A stretch of 64,000 bases of DNA from Guillardia theta CCMP2712. Lineage: Eukaryota > Protista > Cryptophyta. This document shows, piece by piece, positions 49,761-63,300 of the stretch; the stretch's first letter is position 1; the number at the start of each line of letters is the position of its first letter. The notes beneath the pieces were generated by a model, which saw only the letters and a list, made by a program, of their open reading frames with translations, made no database searches and was not told the origin of the DNA. Location of the stretch: positions 91,557 through 155,556 of the forward strand of contig NW_005434659.1 of assembly GCF_000315625.1 (NCBI RefSeq), read 5' to 3'. The position numbers and the translations under genes are program-made.

Positions 49761-52700
49761 ATGACAGAATGGGGACGAGGACGAGGAGGACGAGGAGGAC
49801 GAGGAGGACGAGGACGAGGACGAGGAGGAGGAGGAGGAATGCAGGAGGGGGAGGAGGATTCTATGTCTCCCAAGTTGCGATACATGATCACAAGTGACAT
49901 CTCCTTGCGGACCATCCATGAAGCTCGAATCTTCGTTCAAGAGGTTTGTAAACTCGAGGGGGAACATTGGTGTCTTGGACTGCTGACAAATGGGGGAGGA
50001 CGACATCGTCTAGAAGAAATCCTTGATTCAGATAGAATTGTGTGGACGACTGGAATGTCCATGCAGCTTGTTGAGTTTTGCTCTCTGTACGACATCCTGT
50101 TGCCACTGATGAAATGCTGTCAGCGCTTGATCACAAACTTTCCTCATCTCACCCGACAAATTCACACGCTGATGTCCATTTTCAACTCCAAAGACCTCTT
50201 CATGGACAAGCTTGTGGACATGATAACTGATGAAAGTCAGAACATCATGGCTCGTCTCAGCGCTGAAGACATTCATGCGGTAGCCTTCTTCGCAGTCAAG
50301 CTGCTTCGCGTATCGCCTCGAAAAAAGACTTTTGAAAAGTTCCAACAGCTGGTTCAGCAACTTGAGGATCGAGCTTCTCAGCTTACAAACAACTCGAATC
50401 AACATGAGATATTGTTGACACTGAATGCACTGAAGAGTTTGATTGAGCGATACACTCCTGGTGACGCGAGACTGAAGCAGATGCAGAGGTCAAGAGCAGT
50501 AGCTTCATCGCATCTCCTTCCCTACTCCTGGCCTGGTGAGCTCAATGAGACTGGAGCTCGACACAGCAACGACTTCGTTGACATTGCTCAAGTTCGCGTC
50601 ATTCCGACTCTCGATGAGCTGCTGTCCGAGGTCCCTCCCTGCCTCCCGCAGAACAGAGCCGACGCTCCTCACCATCATCCTCCCGAGTCCATCCAGAGGC
50701 TCGTTGACGTTCACTTCCGCTTGTTTCGCCATGATTGCATCGCCAACTTGGCAGAGGTTGTGCGTCATATCGCGGCACACAAAGGAGCAGTCTTCGACTG
50801 GTTCCACAAGCACATGGGGAGCGACAGGCAGAAACTCGATGCAGCGGGCTCGAGCATCCATTCGGTGTTTGTGTTCAGGAACGTGCGATTCCTGCAGACT
50901 GGATGTGACAAGGTCTGCGGAATTGTGTCTACGTATGAGATGGATCAGATTGTGCCCTTGCGGAGAGCATCGCAGAAGGAGATGGAGAAGAAGTGGAAGG
51001 AAGGTGCTATACATGCTCTTCAGAAAGACGACGTAGTCCTCCTATTTCATCTGGGAAAACTACTGGCTGGGCAACTGAACGAGTCGATTCAGTTGGCAAC
51101 TGTGACGTCTCCGTCGCCGACTTCAATAGTCAGCCAGCCCTTCAACAGGTTGCAGGTCAGTCTGAAGTTCCAAGTGACTGATCTTGGAAGTGCAAAACTG
51201 TTTCAGAACCCGTCGGAGGCATATGGGATCATAGATCCAAGACAGGGTTTCTATAGCTTTCAAGAAATCCTAAAAACATTGCAACTGGTGGAAGAAGAAA
51301 CGATCTCACCAGTGTTGAATCAGCTGCAGTTGTCTACCCAACCACTCTTTCCTGGCACTCCAAAGTATCTCAGCAATACTGTCTGGAACTTTCACTGCCT
51401 GATAGAACCAACACGTCTGCAAGAAATGGACGCCATGGACTTGGAGTTTTTGAAGCAAGTGCCGTCAGCAGCATTGGAAGAAGAGAGTTCCAAGAGGGAG
51501 GTCATTCGAAGGCTACAACAAGTGAGCTATCTAGACACTGAGCAGGCTGATGCGGTTGTCAGCTCCTTGCACAGATCTCTGGCCATCACACACGGTCCGC
51601 CTGGTAAGCCTGCAGATCCTGACAAAGTTGACATGACAGCAGCTGACGTGTGCGCAGGAACCGGCAAAACGTTCTTAGGCGTCGCGATCGTGAAGATGCT
51701 GATAGAAAACAAGCGGATTGGACCTAGAAACCCTCTCTTGTGCGTGTGCTACACAAATCATGCTCTAGACCAGTTCCTCGAACACTTGTTAGACGCGTAT
51801 CCTGACCTGAAGATGGTTCGATTTGGGTCACGAACTCAATCTGAACGGCTTTCCGGCTACCTGATGAAGAACATCTGGCAACAAGTGTCTGCACAGCAAC
51901 TTACCGTACAGTCGATGAGATATCAGTTCGGTCACCTGACCAAAATCATCAAGACCTGCGAAAAAGACGTTGAAATGCTCGAAACCTCCAGGGGGAAAAA
52001 AACTCTCTCTTGGAACGAGATAAATCATTTCGTCGAGATAGAATTTCCAAAGATTTACATGCAGCTTGAGATGGCCGAAGATATCATCTTTGGCGACAAT
52101 GACTTCTCTTTTCAGGGCAGGGAGAGCATTCTCGAATTATGGGTCAATCCTCTACCACGAGGGAGAAGTGAGAAGGGACCTTCAGGAGCTCAGGTGTCAA
52201 AGGCTTCAAATCGCTACGAAGCACTCGAGAGCGAAGAAACATCTTCGTTGGACGATGAGGAGAAAGTTGAAGAGATACGCGAGAAAGATGACTATGATTT
52301 ACCAGCGGAGGAATCACGATACTTGTTTCTACCTGAGCAGATGGAAGACTGGTGGCCTGATGGTGACAACCAAGCAGCTGTTGAGGACATTGAGGATATT
52401 TGGAAGCTGTCGTTGGAAGCGAGAAGAAGGTTGAGAGATGTCATTACTGGAATGTTTCAAGAGCACAGAGAGAAGTCTTTGTATGATCTATACAACAAGT
52501 TGAATCAAGCCTATGCAGAAAGGCGACAACTGCAACAATCACAACAAGTCGCGTATCTGAGAAGCTACTGCTCTGTCGTTGGATGTACTGTGTCGGGTCG
52601 CAGCAAGTTCTTTGATGTCATCAACGGTCTTAAAAGTAGCGTTGTGCTGATAGAGGTAGGGCGAGTCTTCAAGCTTCTTGTGCAACTTACTTGTTGTTAC

Positions 52701-55700
52701 ATCTAGGAAGCTGCGGAGATTCTCGAGTCTCAGACTCTTTCCTTGTTCAGTGGCAGCTCCGTACAGCATGCCATCTTGATCGGCGACCATCACCAGCTGA
52801 GGCCTAAGGTGAACTTGTACGAGTTGACATGGCAGTCGAGGAAGGGGTTTGACATTGACCGATCTCTCTTCGAACGTCTCGTCGAGGATCGCAATGCCCC
52901 AACCTCTGTCCTCAGACGTCAATATCGCATGCGGCCGGAGATCTCGAGGCTGATACGAGAGACGATCTACCCCGACCTGCTTGATGGGCAGCGGGTGCTG
53001 CTGTATCCGCCGGTGAAAGGCATGCTGTACCCTGTCTTCTTCTGGCACCACTCGGTCCCTGAAGACAGCTTCCATCCTGGCGACATGAGGTATCAGACGC
53101 AAGAAGGCTCCAAGACAAACTCACATGAAGTCGCCTGCGTCATCGCTCTGGTGACCTACCTCCTCCAACAAGGCTATGCCCGAGATCAAATCACCATCCT
53201 GACGGGCTACCTCGGGCAAAGCGTCTTGATCACCAAGGAGCTGAAGAAACTCTCGTTTTCCGCATTCCTTGGCGAGAAAGACAACAGGGAAGCCAATCTG
53301 CTGCTAGAGGAAGAAGGCCTGTCCGACGACAGCGCCAGCAAGTCTGGCATAAGAGTTGCCACAGTAGACAACTATCAAGGGGAAGAAAATGATCTCTTGA
53401 TATTGAGCCTGGTACGCTCGAACCCGACACAGATGTCAGGGTTCATGAAGGTAGAGAACCGCGTCAACGTCCTTCTCTCTCGAGCGAAGCAAGGCATGTA
53501 CATCATAGGAGACAAGGACACGCTGACTCATCGTGACGCCATGTGGTCAAAGGTTGTCAGCATACTCTCCGAGAGCTCTTGTGTGGGCGACGCGATCCCC
53601 ATCACTTGTCAGCGGCACCCTAAAGACATTCGCTGCTGCAGGGACGTCAAAGACTTCAAGTCGTTCGCTCTCGATGGCGGTTGCATCCTCCCCTGTCCAA
53701 CGCGCTTGAGCTGCGGACATGCCTGCCCCAGGTTGTGCCATCCTGACGGACACGAGGGGTTCCAGTGCCGGCAGCCATGCACGAGAAGGCCGGATCAGTG
53801 TCAGCAGCAGCACCGCTGCAAGAAGCTCTGCTTCCAAGCCTGTGGCAAGTGCTCCGAGCTGATCGAGACCGTCCTGCCATGCGGTCACACCAAGCCCATC
53901 GAGTGCTGGAGGTCAGCTGAGCCCAGCAGGTCCTACTGCGCGGAGAAGGTGACGGTCCTCATGCCAGTGTGCCGCCATGAGGTTCAAGTGCCTTGTAAGT
54001 TGGCTGAGGAGTATGAGGACGGAACGAGACCGTGTCCGGTACCTTGCAGCGGTCAGCTTTCATGCAGCCATCCTTGCACATCTACCTGCGGAGCATGCCT
54101 ACAAGAAGGATGCAAACGAGCTGGGAAAGACTTCCTGACGTCGGTATACCAAGACATCGAGCCGGTCCATCCAGTCGAGTGCCAAGTGAGGTGTCAGCAG
54201 AAGCTGTCAAACCTCTGCGGGCATGTTTGCAACGCTCCTTGTCATCAGTCCAACGGCACCAAGTGCGGCATGTCGTTCTGCCAGGAGCCTTGCGTACTGG
54301 GATGTCAGCACTCCAGCTGTTCGAAGCCTTGCGGCTACTTGTGCCAGCCCTGCATCGAGCTCTGCGACTGGCACTGCGAGCATGCAGGCAGATGCTCTCT
54401 GCTGTGCCTGGCTCCCTGCGATCGCCTGCCATGCAACGAGCGATGCAGCAAGACCCTTAGCTGTGGTCATCGATGCCCGAGCGTGTGCGGGGAGCCGTGC
54501 GAGTACTACGAGAAGTTCTGCCCTCTCTGCGACTCGACGGGGGAGGTGCGGGAGCTTCAGGTTGACCTCATAACGTTCGCGACCCTCGGGGAGGCTGACC
54601 TGGACAAGAATCCTCTCATCTTGTTTCCCTGCCGCCAGCACGTCCTGCAGCTGGAGTCGGCAGACGGGCACATGGAGATCGGGAGGTACTACCTGCAAGA
54701 CGCGGAGGGAGCCTTCACAGGTCTGAGGGAGCTGGAGATCGCCATGAACGACTTCAACAACAAGCTCTGCCCGTTCGGGTGTGGAAGACCGTCAAACGAC
54801 GGCTACCAGATGAAGCGATATGGAAGAGTGGTCAACGCCAGGAACGCTGTGTTGCACCAACAGAAGGTCTTAATACAAACAGAGATCGAAGTAGCGCAAT
54901 GCGAGCAGATGCTGCTGATAGATGAGACTAAAGTCTCCCAATGCTACGACAAGGCAGTCGAGATCCAACAACGACTGGAGGACTACAAGAACAACATCAC
55001 CTTCAACATGAAACATTTCAGCCCCGATTCTCAGCGGGAGACGCGACTCGTCGAGCCTCTTCCAACAGCTCGCGCCAAGGCCATGAACTTGTTGCTGGCA
55101 TGCGCCTGTAGACTGCCAGCGAAATTTCGCGAGCATGATGACGTCAGGTTGCTCAGAAGCAAGGTTGAAACCCTTCTGAATGATCTGATAAGGCTGAAAG
55201 CATTCTCATCCTTCTTGTCCCTCTCTGATCGTCTCATGGAATTTTCCATTCACATTTCTTATGGGACGCTCATTGCCAGTCTCTTTCGAAAGATTCTTCA
55301 GGCCCTTCAGTCAGATGTGGCAGATTCTGTGAGATGGAAGATTCTGTTCCAAGCAATGTGCCTATCAACAAAGTTTGTCCAGGCAAAGAACAACAACGTG
55401 GTTAATCTCCAAGTCCTTGAGGAGATGTCAAGGATTCTAGAAGTGTTCCGCACGTGTATGCAAGCATTTCAACCTGAGCAGGACCTGGTCATGTGGCAGA
55501 GACTGATGCACTCCTTCATCGTTTTCAGACACAACCTTACAAGCAACCAACTTCCGCTCCTAAAGTTGAGCAAAATGCAAGAACTGACATCAACCCTGAG
55601 AGAGTTTGTGCGGGAGACGATGCGAGGACTAGAAAACTCAGACAATCCTGAAGTAGTTAAAGTAGTTCAAGAGGAGCTGAAGCAGCTTGACGACGGTGAG

Positions 55701-56125
55701 TACCTTGTACTTTTACCTCTGCCTCCTGACTGTGTTCCTTGCAGGAATCCCTCTTGAGGTACGTTCTCAGCCTCCATGTCCACCTGTTCCCCAGCAGATT
55801 GACATCTTGCAGACCTTCAGAGAGATCTTCAAGGCGATGGAGTTCCACCCCTCTGACCCAGGGTACAATGGAGGAGGCCACTGGTACTCTTGCCCCAACG
55901 GTAATGGAGCTGCGCTGCTCCTGTGCTCTCAGCTCGTTTCACTGCTCTCACCCTCCTCCTCCAGGTCATCCCTACGTCATTGCTGACTGCGGAGGGGCAA
56001 CGCAGGAGTCTACCTGCTACGAGTGCGGGGCAGCGGTCGGAGGACAGAGTCATCGACTGTTGGAGGACAACAGAGTGATACGCTCGGAGCAAGAGCTCGT
56101 AAACATGTCAAGAGGCGCACGATGA
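49761..56125 (+). CDS. ZNFX1: ZNFX1-like SF1 RNA helicase with an RGG N-terminus, NF-X1 zinc fingers and a C-terminal RZ finger; introns 51604..51657, 52656..52706, 55696..55744, possibly 55759..55797, and 55901..55964
   Basis: PGEL...GARHSNDF.DI....IPT, HFRLFRHD, HGPPG|TGKT, CYTNHALDQFLE, LIE|EAAEILE, IGDHHQLRP, SLFERL, QYRMRPEIS, TVDNYQGEE, NRVNVLLSRAK. Repeated C..LSCGH.C..C.H fingers, KRYGRVVN, and GHWYSCPN|GHPYVIADCGGATQESTCYECGAAVGGQSH. Confidence 0.92.
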
Positions 56126-56543
56126 ATAGACGAGCAGCTAGGAGAAGCTGGTCGTGAGTATAGCATGACAGTAAAACTTCCCGATTCTGCTGCTCTCCGG
56201 ACCTTGACACTGTCGCACGCACGGCCCCGGCCATAGTGTGACGGCGACGGAGGCTGATAAGAGGCAGAGACTGAGAACCAACTCGCCCGGCCGTCGGGCC
56301 CGGATCACCGTCGGGCCCGGACCACTCGGATTCCGAGTTCAGTTGTCAAACTCTCCCTTGGCCATCAAATCCATGGACCCCTACTTTGATTTCTACTACC
56401 CCTGCTTTGAAATGTCATGTGGGATTATACCCCTCCTGTACACACCTGAGGCTAGTTGGATATGGGGTGACCTACGTTTCACACCCGTACATCACCCACC
56501 CCCATCTCATCACCACCCAATATCCCCCCGTAGCGGGGAGGCA

Positions 56544-59500
56544 ATGGCGCGAATGGTTGCGGGCTTGGCGGTGATGGCGGTTATGGCGGCAGCGGCAGGA
56601 GGCGAGGAAAGGAGGATACATCCGTCACTGAGGGTCTGTCCTTCTCCTCTCTTCCCCTCCTACAGCGACTGCAGTCAGGGATATGCTCCGTTAGCGTGCT
56701 CTCCGCCTCCAGACTGGTGTGACATCGATATGGGAAACCCGGTCTTTGTGCAGGGAGAAGGTTACGTGGTGAGGAGAAGTGTTGGCAAGTTCGAGGTGAT
56801 CCTTCGAAGAGTCGGAGGCTTCAAGAATGACCTGAGTGCCCGTGTACATATCAGTTTCGAGAAGGAAATATTTCAAGATGTTGTGTTGGAAGACATATTC
56901 TTTGTTCAGGCGCCTGTGCAGTACAATCGATACATTCCTGCCAAGGCAATGAACGTCAGCGAGAGAAATGTGAGCGGAGAGATTATGTGGTGGCATTGGG
57001 ATGGGCGAGACAAGGTAGTGAGCATCCCTTGGAACAATTCTATCCACGTGGGGATAACTGTTCGCAGCTTTCAAGTATCTTTGTCATACAAGAATATGAC
57101 AGATAGCAGGACATTTCTGATATTGGATGACATCTCAAGCATAGGAATGATTGGGTTTGCTTCTCTGCAGCTCGAGGCCTATGAGGGAGCCTTGTTGCCA
57201 ATCTATCTTGACCGAAGTGGAGGTGCACAGGGAAGTATTCAAGTTTCATTGCAAGTGGACACAACAAGTCCAGGATGCAATTCCACTATCACCAACGACT
57301 TCTCCCTGCTCAATACCACAGTCAGCTGGTCGAATCAAGATCAAGGCAGGAAGACTGTTTTCTTGCTTGTGAGTGACGACGAGTTGGTCTCGCTCTTTCA
57401 AAGGAATTTTTGCATCCTGTTGGCAAACAGCGTCACAGACGGCTATTCCTCTGCAAGCCTGAATGGGTTCTCTCCCATAGACTCCCGGAGGTCCAAACTA
57501 CATGTAACGTTGCTGGACAACGATCTTGTCAGTGAGATCGAGATCTTGACAGAAGAAGGGTTTTCGCCTCTGGACCAGGTCATGGTTCAAGTGAAGCGGA
57601 TTTCAGGGTTCTCGAAGTACATTTCTGGATTTTATGAATTTTACAGCCGAGACGGTCAAAAGTTTCAAAACTCACTGGCATGGGATGTTGGATCAGAAGA
57701 AACCAAACAATTCCTCCTCAATGAATTCCCGGATCTCCCTTCATGCAACTACACCAATTACCAGATTCGAGTGGTCAGCGACAGGCCGCAGTTGTCCCAG
57801 TCGGACCTCTCTTGCTCAGTTGCATTCCATTTGAGGTTCATCACAGGAGCTCTAGTCCGCGGTGGCTCCTGGGCAATTATCTCAGCGAGAGAAAATTGCA
57901 GCATTTCCCTTTCGTCAGCTTCGTATCAGTTGTTCACCAACTCCAAGGCCAGAAAGCTTGAAGTTCAGGTTTGCAGGAACTCCCTTTCATGTTCCATCTC
58001 TGCTTCTCTGCAGACTGCAGATGTCAACTCGACCTACGGCACTCACTACATCCTCTCTTCTCATTCGATCTCATTCGATGCCGGGCAACCACTTTGCTCG
58101 ACCGTCGTCGTTGAGGCGCTCCCAGCAAAGCCTGATTACAAGGGACGGCCGCGAGTTTTCAACCTCTTGCTGTACAAAGATGACGGATTCTTGCCTGAAA
58201 TCGGGATCACACAAGCAGTTGTCGCTATCTCGAATGCCCCTGTCCTTTCTATCTCTCCACAATCAGGAACTTGTCACCTCATTTCCTCTCTTTCCATCAG
58301 TTTCATCTCAGTGGTGACTGGAGACTTCAAGAAAACACTGTCGGCGTCTTGGTCAGCCGAGTTCGTTTCTCCCGACTACATCTCTGGAATCTCTCTTCTG
58401 CCAGCCAGCGGAAATTTCAGTTTGACTTCCCAGGTCAAGACGGCAACTCTTACTTTCAACCTTCTCAACGACGGGTTGTATCACTTTGGACAATACATAC
58501 GACAGATCCGAATGACTATCAGCAGCAAGGACGATGTCTCGTTCCCGGATCCTTTCTTTGACTCCACTACTGTCACACTGGTGAATGATGTCTGTAACCT
58601 GGGAAGGGCAGTCCCCTTGCAAACAGTCTGGGTGTACAACCGTACTTCTGCAAATCCTCAAGTGGTCGTGAATAGAGTTGATGGATATGAAGGAACTCTC
58701 CAGGTGAGGTACAAGGTCGTCGATGGGACGGCGATCAATCATCAGGATTTTCAAGTTGAGGACGGAGTTCTGCTGTGGGATGAGCTTGACACTACATCCA
58801 AGGCGATCAACTTGACTTTCAACGAGGAGATGAAGTTCTCGGCTGGGGCTTGCTACATCAACTTCACTCTCATGTTCTATTCCTTCGACGGCTGCGCCTA
58901 CAGGAATGTCAGTTATCTATCTGCTGAAGTCCGCATCAACAGAGACGATCACCAAGGCCTCGGGATCGTCGGATTCAAGCAGAGCCTGGTCGAGATGTCT
59001 CAGGACGCCTTCTTGTCCCTCAGGGTGGAGAGGACGTGTGGAGATAAGGGGAACACTACTGTGTTCTTCCAGGGGGTGGGCTATGAGATCGGCACCTTGA
59101 GATGGGAGGAAGGGGATGTCAGCGAGAAGAAGATCAGAGTAACGACAGGCACGTCGACGACGTCGATCGCTGCAGCGGACTGGAAGACCACTTGGTCACA
59201 GCAGATGTTCATCTGTGTGGGAGACAGAGATGCGTACTATGAGTATGAGGTGACTCTTACCGAGTCCTACGGCAGTTTCATCGACCCGTCGAGGTCGAAA
59301 GTTCTTGTTCGAGTGTACAAGGAAGGAGACTCGGGGATAATCTCTCTTGCAGCAGCCGACACCTTCGGCTCTCCCCTCCTCCCCTCTCTCCCCTACTTCG
59401 TCATCAACATCTCCCGCTCCTTATCTTTGGGATCCGCGACGGTGAAGTACGTGGCGGGAGGAGGAGGAGGACCGCGGGATTGTGCAAACTTTGTCCCCGT

Positions 59501-60302
59501 GGTAGGCACTAGGCTGTGGAGTGAGAATCAATTCAATGTGCAGGAGGTGAAGATTCCAGTCCAGCAGCCGTTCGTCGTCAACGCCACCAGTTGCAAAGTT
59601 TCGGTTGTATTGCAGAGGATCCATGATGGAACTTCGCTGTCGGCGACCAACTCTGTCGCTGACATCTGGTTCAAGAAGAACGACCTTCGACCTGGGAAGA
59701 TCGTCTTCCAGAGCTCGGCTGTTGAAGTGAAGGAAAGCGATCCTGAAGCCATTCTCTTCGTCAACAGGGTGGATGGGCGAGATGGGAACATCAAAGTGAG
59801 GTACAGGATCGAGAGCGTGTTCTCAGCATGTCAGCAATCTTCCATCACCTATCACTCCACCGTTCAAGACAGCACTAGCGGAACCAACGTGATATGCTCG
59901 CCTGACAACTCGTCGTTCTGCGTCAACTCGAGCTTGTCGGACTCTTGTGTTGCTGGCAGGTGTTCGATACCTGTCAGATCATATTACGAGGATGCCCTGT
60001 CCTACCATCATATCAGGGCTGAGGGAGGACTGCTGGAGTGGCAGGACGGGGAGAGCGAACGAAAGTACATCTCGATTAAGCTCTTCAGCGCTGCAGCTAT
60101 CAACCAGACATACCGTAGAGCCTTCATCGTCAGCCTCTATGACGCCTCCTCCGACGACCCAGCATGCGGTCAGGCGTGCCTGCCGACGTTCGCACAGGAC
60201 GTCTGTGAGTTTGATACCTGGCATCACAATATGAGCAGCAGAGCTGCCGTGTTGATCCGGAAAGAGACAGGTAAAATCCGTTGCTTCACTTCCTCAATTC
60301 CT

Positions 60303-60387
<85 letters not shown>

Positions 60388-63300
60388 CTGTTCCTGTTCC
60401 TGTTCCTGTTTCCTGTCCGTCGTCGTCTTTCTTACTCTTGCTTCTCTCCTATGCCTCTTCCTCTTCATCCTCATTTTCACCTCATCTCTCAACTTGACCC
60501 TCCAGGTGTCGGTTACCTGCAAGTCCTCAGCAGCGCTTTGTTCCTGCCAGAGCAGACAACCAGCTCCGTCTTGTTTACAGTCAGACGGGCAGACGGAAAC
60601 TCCGGGTCATCGACTGTCACCTACCAGACCGTGCCCGACGAACTGCTCAACGGCGTCTCTCCTGCTGTGCCACTTCGAGATTACCTGCCAGTGAACGGTA
60701 AACCGAGATGTTGTTGTAGAGATTGAGCTCTCAAACACTCCATTGAGTGATTTGTAACGATCTGCTTCGTCCTTTGTGATTGTGCTGTTGGCATCATTCT
60801 GCAACCATCTTATGTTTTCTTGAATTCTACCCGTACCAAGGTTTCTCACTTTCATCGCAGGCACCTTGACATGGCAAGAGGGAGACTTCACCGACAAGCT
60901 AGTTCGAGTAGATCTTCTGGGAGACAATGTCTACCGCAAGGGACAACTTCTGAGATCATTCCAACTCTCCTTGGCTTCTCTCTCCAACAAGATTGACCCG
61001 ATGAATGCGAACTCAACCAACATTCTTGTGGAGGATGACGCCAGTCAACCAGGAGAGGTCAGAGCTGAGGTGAGGAGGAGGACAGGGATGCGGCTGGTGG
61101 ACTTCAAGTTTGGCTCGAGAGGGGAGGATCAGAGTTTTATCTGCTGCTGGGATCAGGGGGTCCTTGTCGACCTCACCGCGAGCTTTCAAACTTCTCTTGG
61201 GACCAGCAACCTGGTGGACGTCAGGAGGGGAGCGATCCTCAAGCACCAGTGCGAGTTGCAAGAGTCGACAAGATGCGACGAGCGATCCTCACAGCCTGTC
61301 GCTCTTGCTGACCGCGTCTCTCTCTCCGTCTGGCTGGCCATCGACGACCGAGGGTATCTGCAGAACTGGAACAAAAAGACCCTTGCTGAGCTGACAGAGC
61401 AAGTGAACGGGCCGAATCACACCCGATGGCATCTTTTCCCAACAGGGTTTGAACGAGATGTGTCAAGGTATGTCCCGCTGACGGAGATCTGGGCGGATTC
61501 CGAACGCCTCTGGAACTCAACAGACCTCAAGGGTCGAACTCTTTCTCTCTACCTTGAGATCGAAGGGCTCTTTGTTGATGTCACCTTCCTCGAGCCTCTC
61601 GTCTCCTCGACTGGCAACAAACTTCAGTACTTGCGAACTCTGCCCGCTAGCCTGACGGAGCATGCGGAGAGGTACAAGAACGAACTTGTGCTGGTTGACC
61701 TCAGCGGAGGGACGTGCGATGACATCTCGCCCCATACTTGCATCACTTCGCAAGGTTGTCAACTTGTCAACACAAGGGACTCGCACGTGCTCTGGTCCCT
61801 CCTGCCCTCCCACGCTTCTTTTCCTTCAGATTACGGGCAGTTTGCCAACATCTGCAACGGAGCTTGTCACGCTGCCTGCTTCGTCGGGCGGACAGTGTCA
61901 ATGTTTCTGCAGGACGAGGGAGAGTACTTCGACGTGACGTTCATGACCAACTCATCTACGAGCTACAGCAGGAGACAAGTGCAGATGACTTCCAGGATGA
62001 TGTACACTGCAGCAGAAACGGCCATCTTCCCGACGATGACGTCATAGTCTTCGACGTCCTGCGCAAGAACGGGACCGATGGACCCCTCGTGGTCCACTTT
62101 GACCTAATTGATTCAGCTGGGGACGTGCTGAGGAACGGGACCCTGCTGTGGTTGGAAGGAGAGTCCAGGACACAGTCTGTTGAGTTCTCAGCTGCGAGCT
62201 GCTCGAATCGAGGAGACAGGAACGTGTCGATGCGACTGAGCCAGCCGAGCAGGGTTGACGGAGATAACCTGCGGGCGCTCGAGGTTTTCATTCTGACCCC
62301 GTTTGCTCGCCCTCCTCGTTCCTTGATGGGATGTGAGTTGATGTTGCTGGACAAGGAGAGCCCCGTTGGCGTGTTCATGCTCGATGCCCCTGAGTGTGTG
62401 TCTTCTGCTTCAGCTTTCTTCTTCCAAGCTGAGAGAGCTGGCGTCTCGACCTACCATGTCATCGCCAACTTCTCTCTTTCTTCGCATGATGGAGTCGTTG
62501 GGGCAGGCTGGACTTTCCCTTGGGCCTCCTATGACCAAAAGATCTACATGGCCCCGATTGAGACGTCGCTGTTCGATCATCATCAGCAATTTTACCAGCT
62601 GGAGGCAGGGGTTTCTTCCATCTCATCACAGGGAGAGAATTTGTTGAGGCACAACATGTATCTCTGGAGCTACATCGAATCGTGCTCGTTCACTCCACTC
62701 TTCTTTGCTCTTTATCTTCGCATCACTTCATCTTCTCAGCTGGTTGACCGAAACAGCGTCTTGTCTTTCCAGATTCAACCGTCTCTCAAGGTCCCATCAC
62801 CGTTCTTCTTGGTTGCAAGCTGCTACATCCAATCGGCAAGTCTGCCGCAGCCCTTCCGATCAAACCTCAGCACGTTCGTGTGGGAGGTTGGAACTGAAGA
62901 TTCCAAGAACGTCTCGATCTCAGTCACAACGCTACCGGGTCAACTCTCCCTCTCTCACTTTGACCTGGTCGTCGAGGCTTCGCTGGTCCCATTAACATCA
63001 CAGTGCGACCCATCGTGCCCTTCCTCTGACTACTTCCTCCGCCAGAGCTCTTCCTTCCACGTCCTCCCCGTCACGTCCTTCGGTCTCATCGGCTTCTCTC
63101 CGCAGTCCCTCTACGTCGTCGTCTCGGAGTCGCAAGGGTCTGTCACGCTGCAGGTGCAGCGACAGTTTCCTCACGGCGACAACATGGCGGTGGCATGGTC
63201 GACCATCCCAGGCTCAGCGGTGGGAGATGTCAACTTTGCAAGCAGCTGGGGTATGTCGACGTGGAGCGATGCTGGGAAAGACGTGATAGAGATCAAGGTT

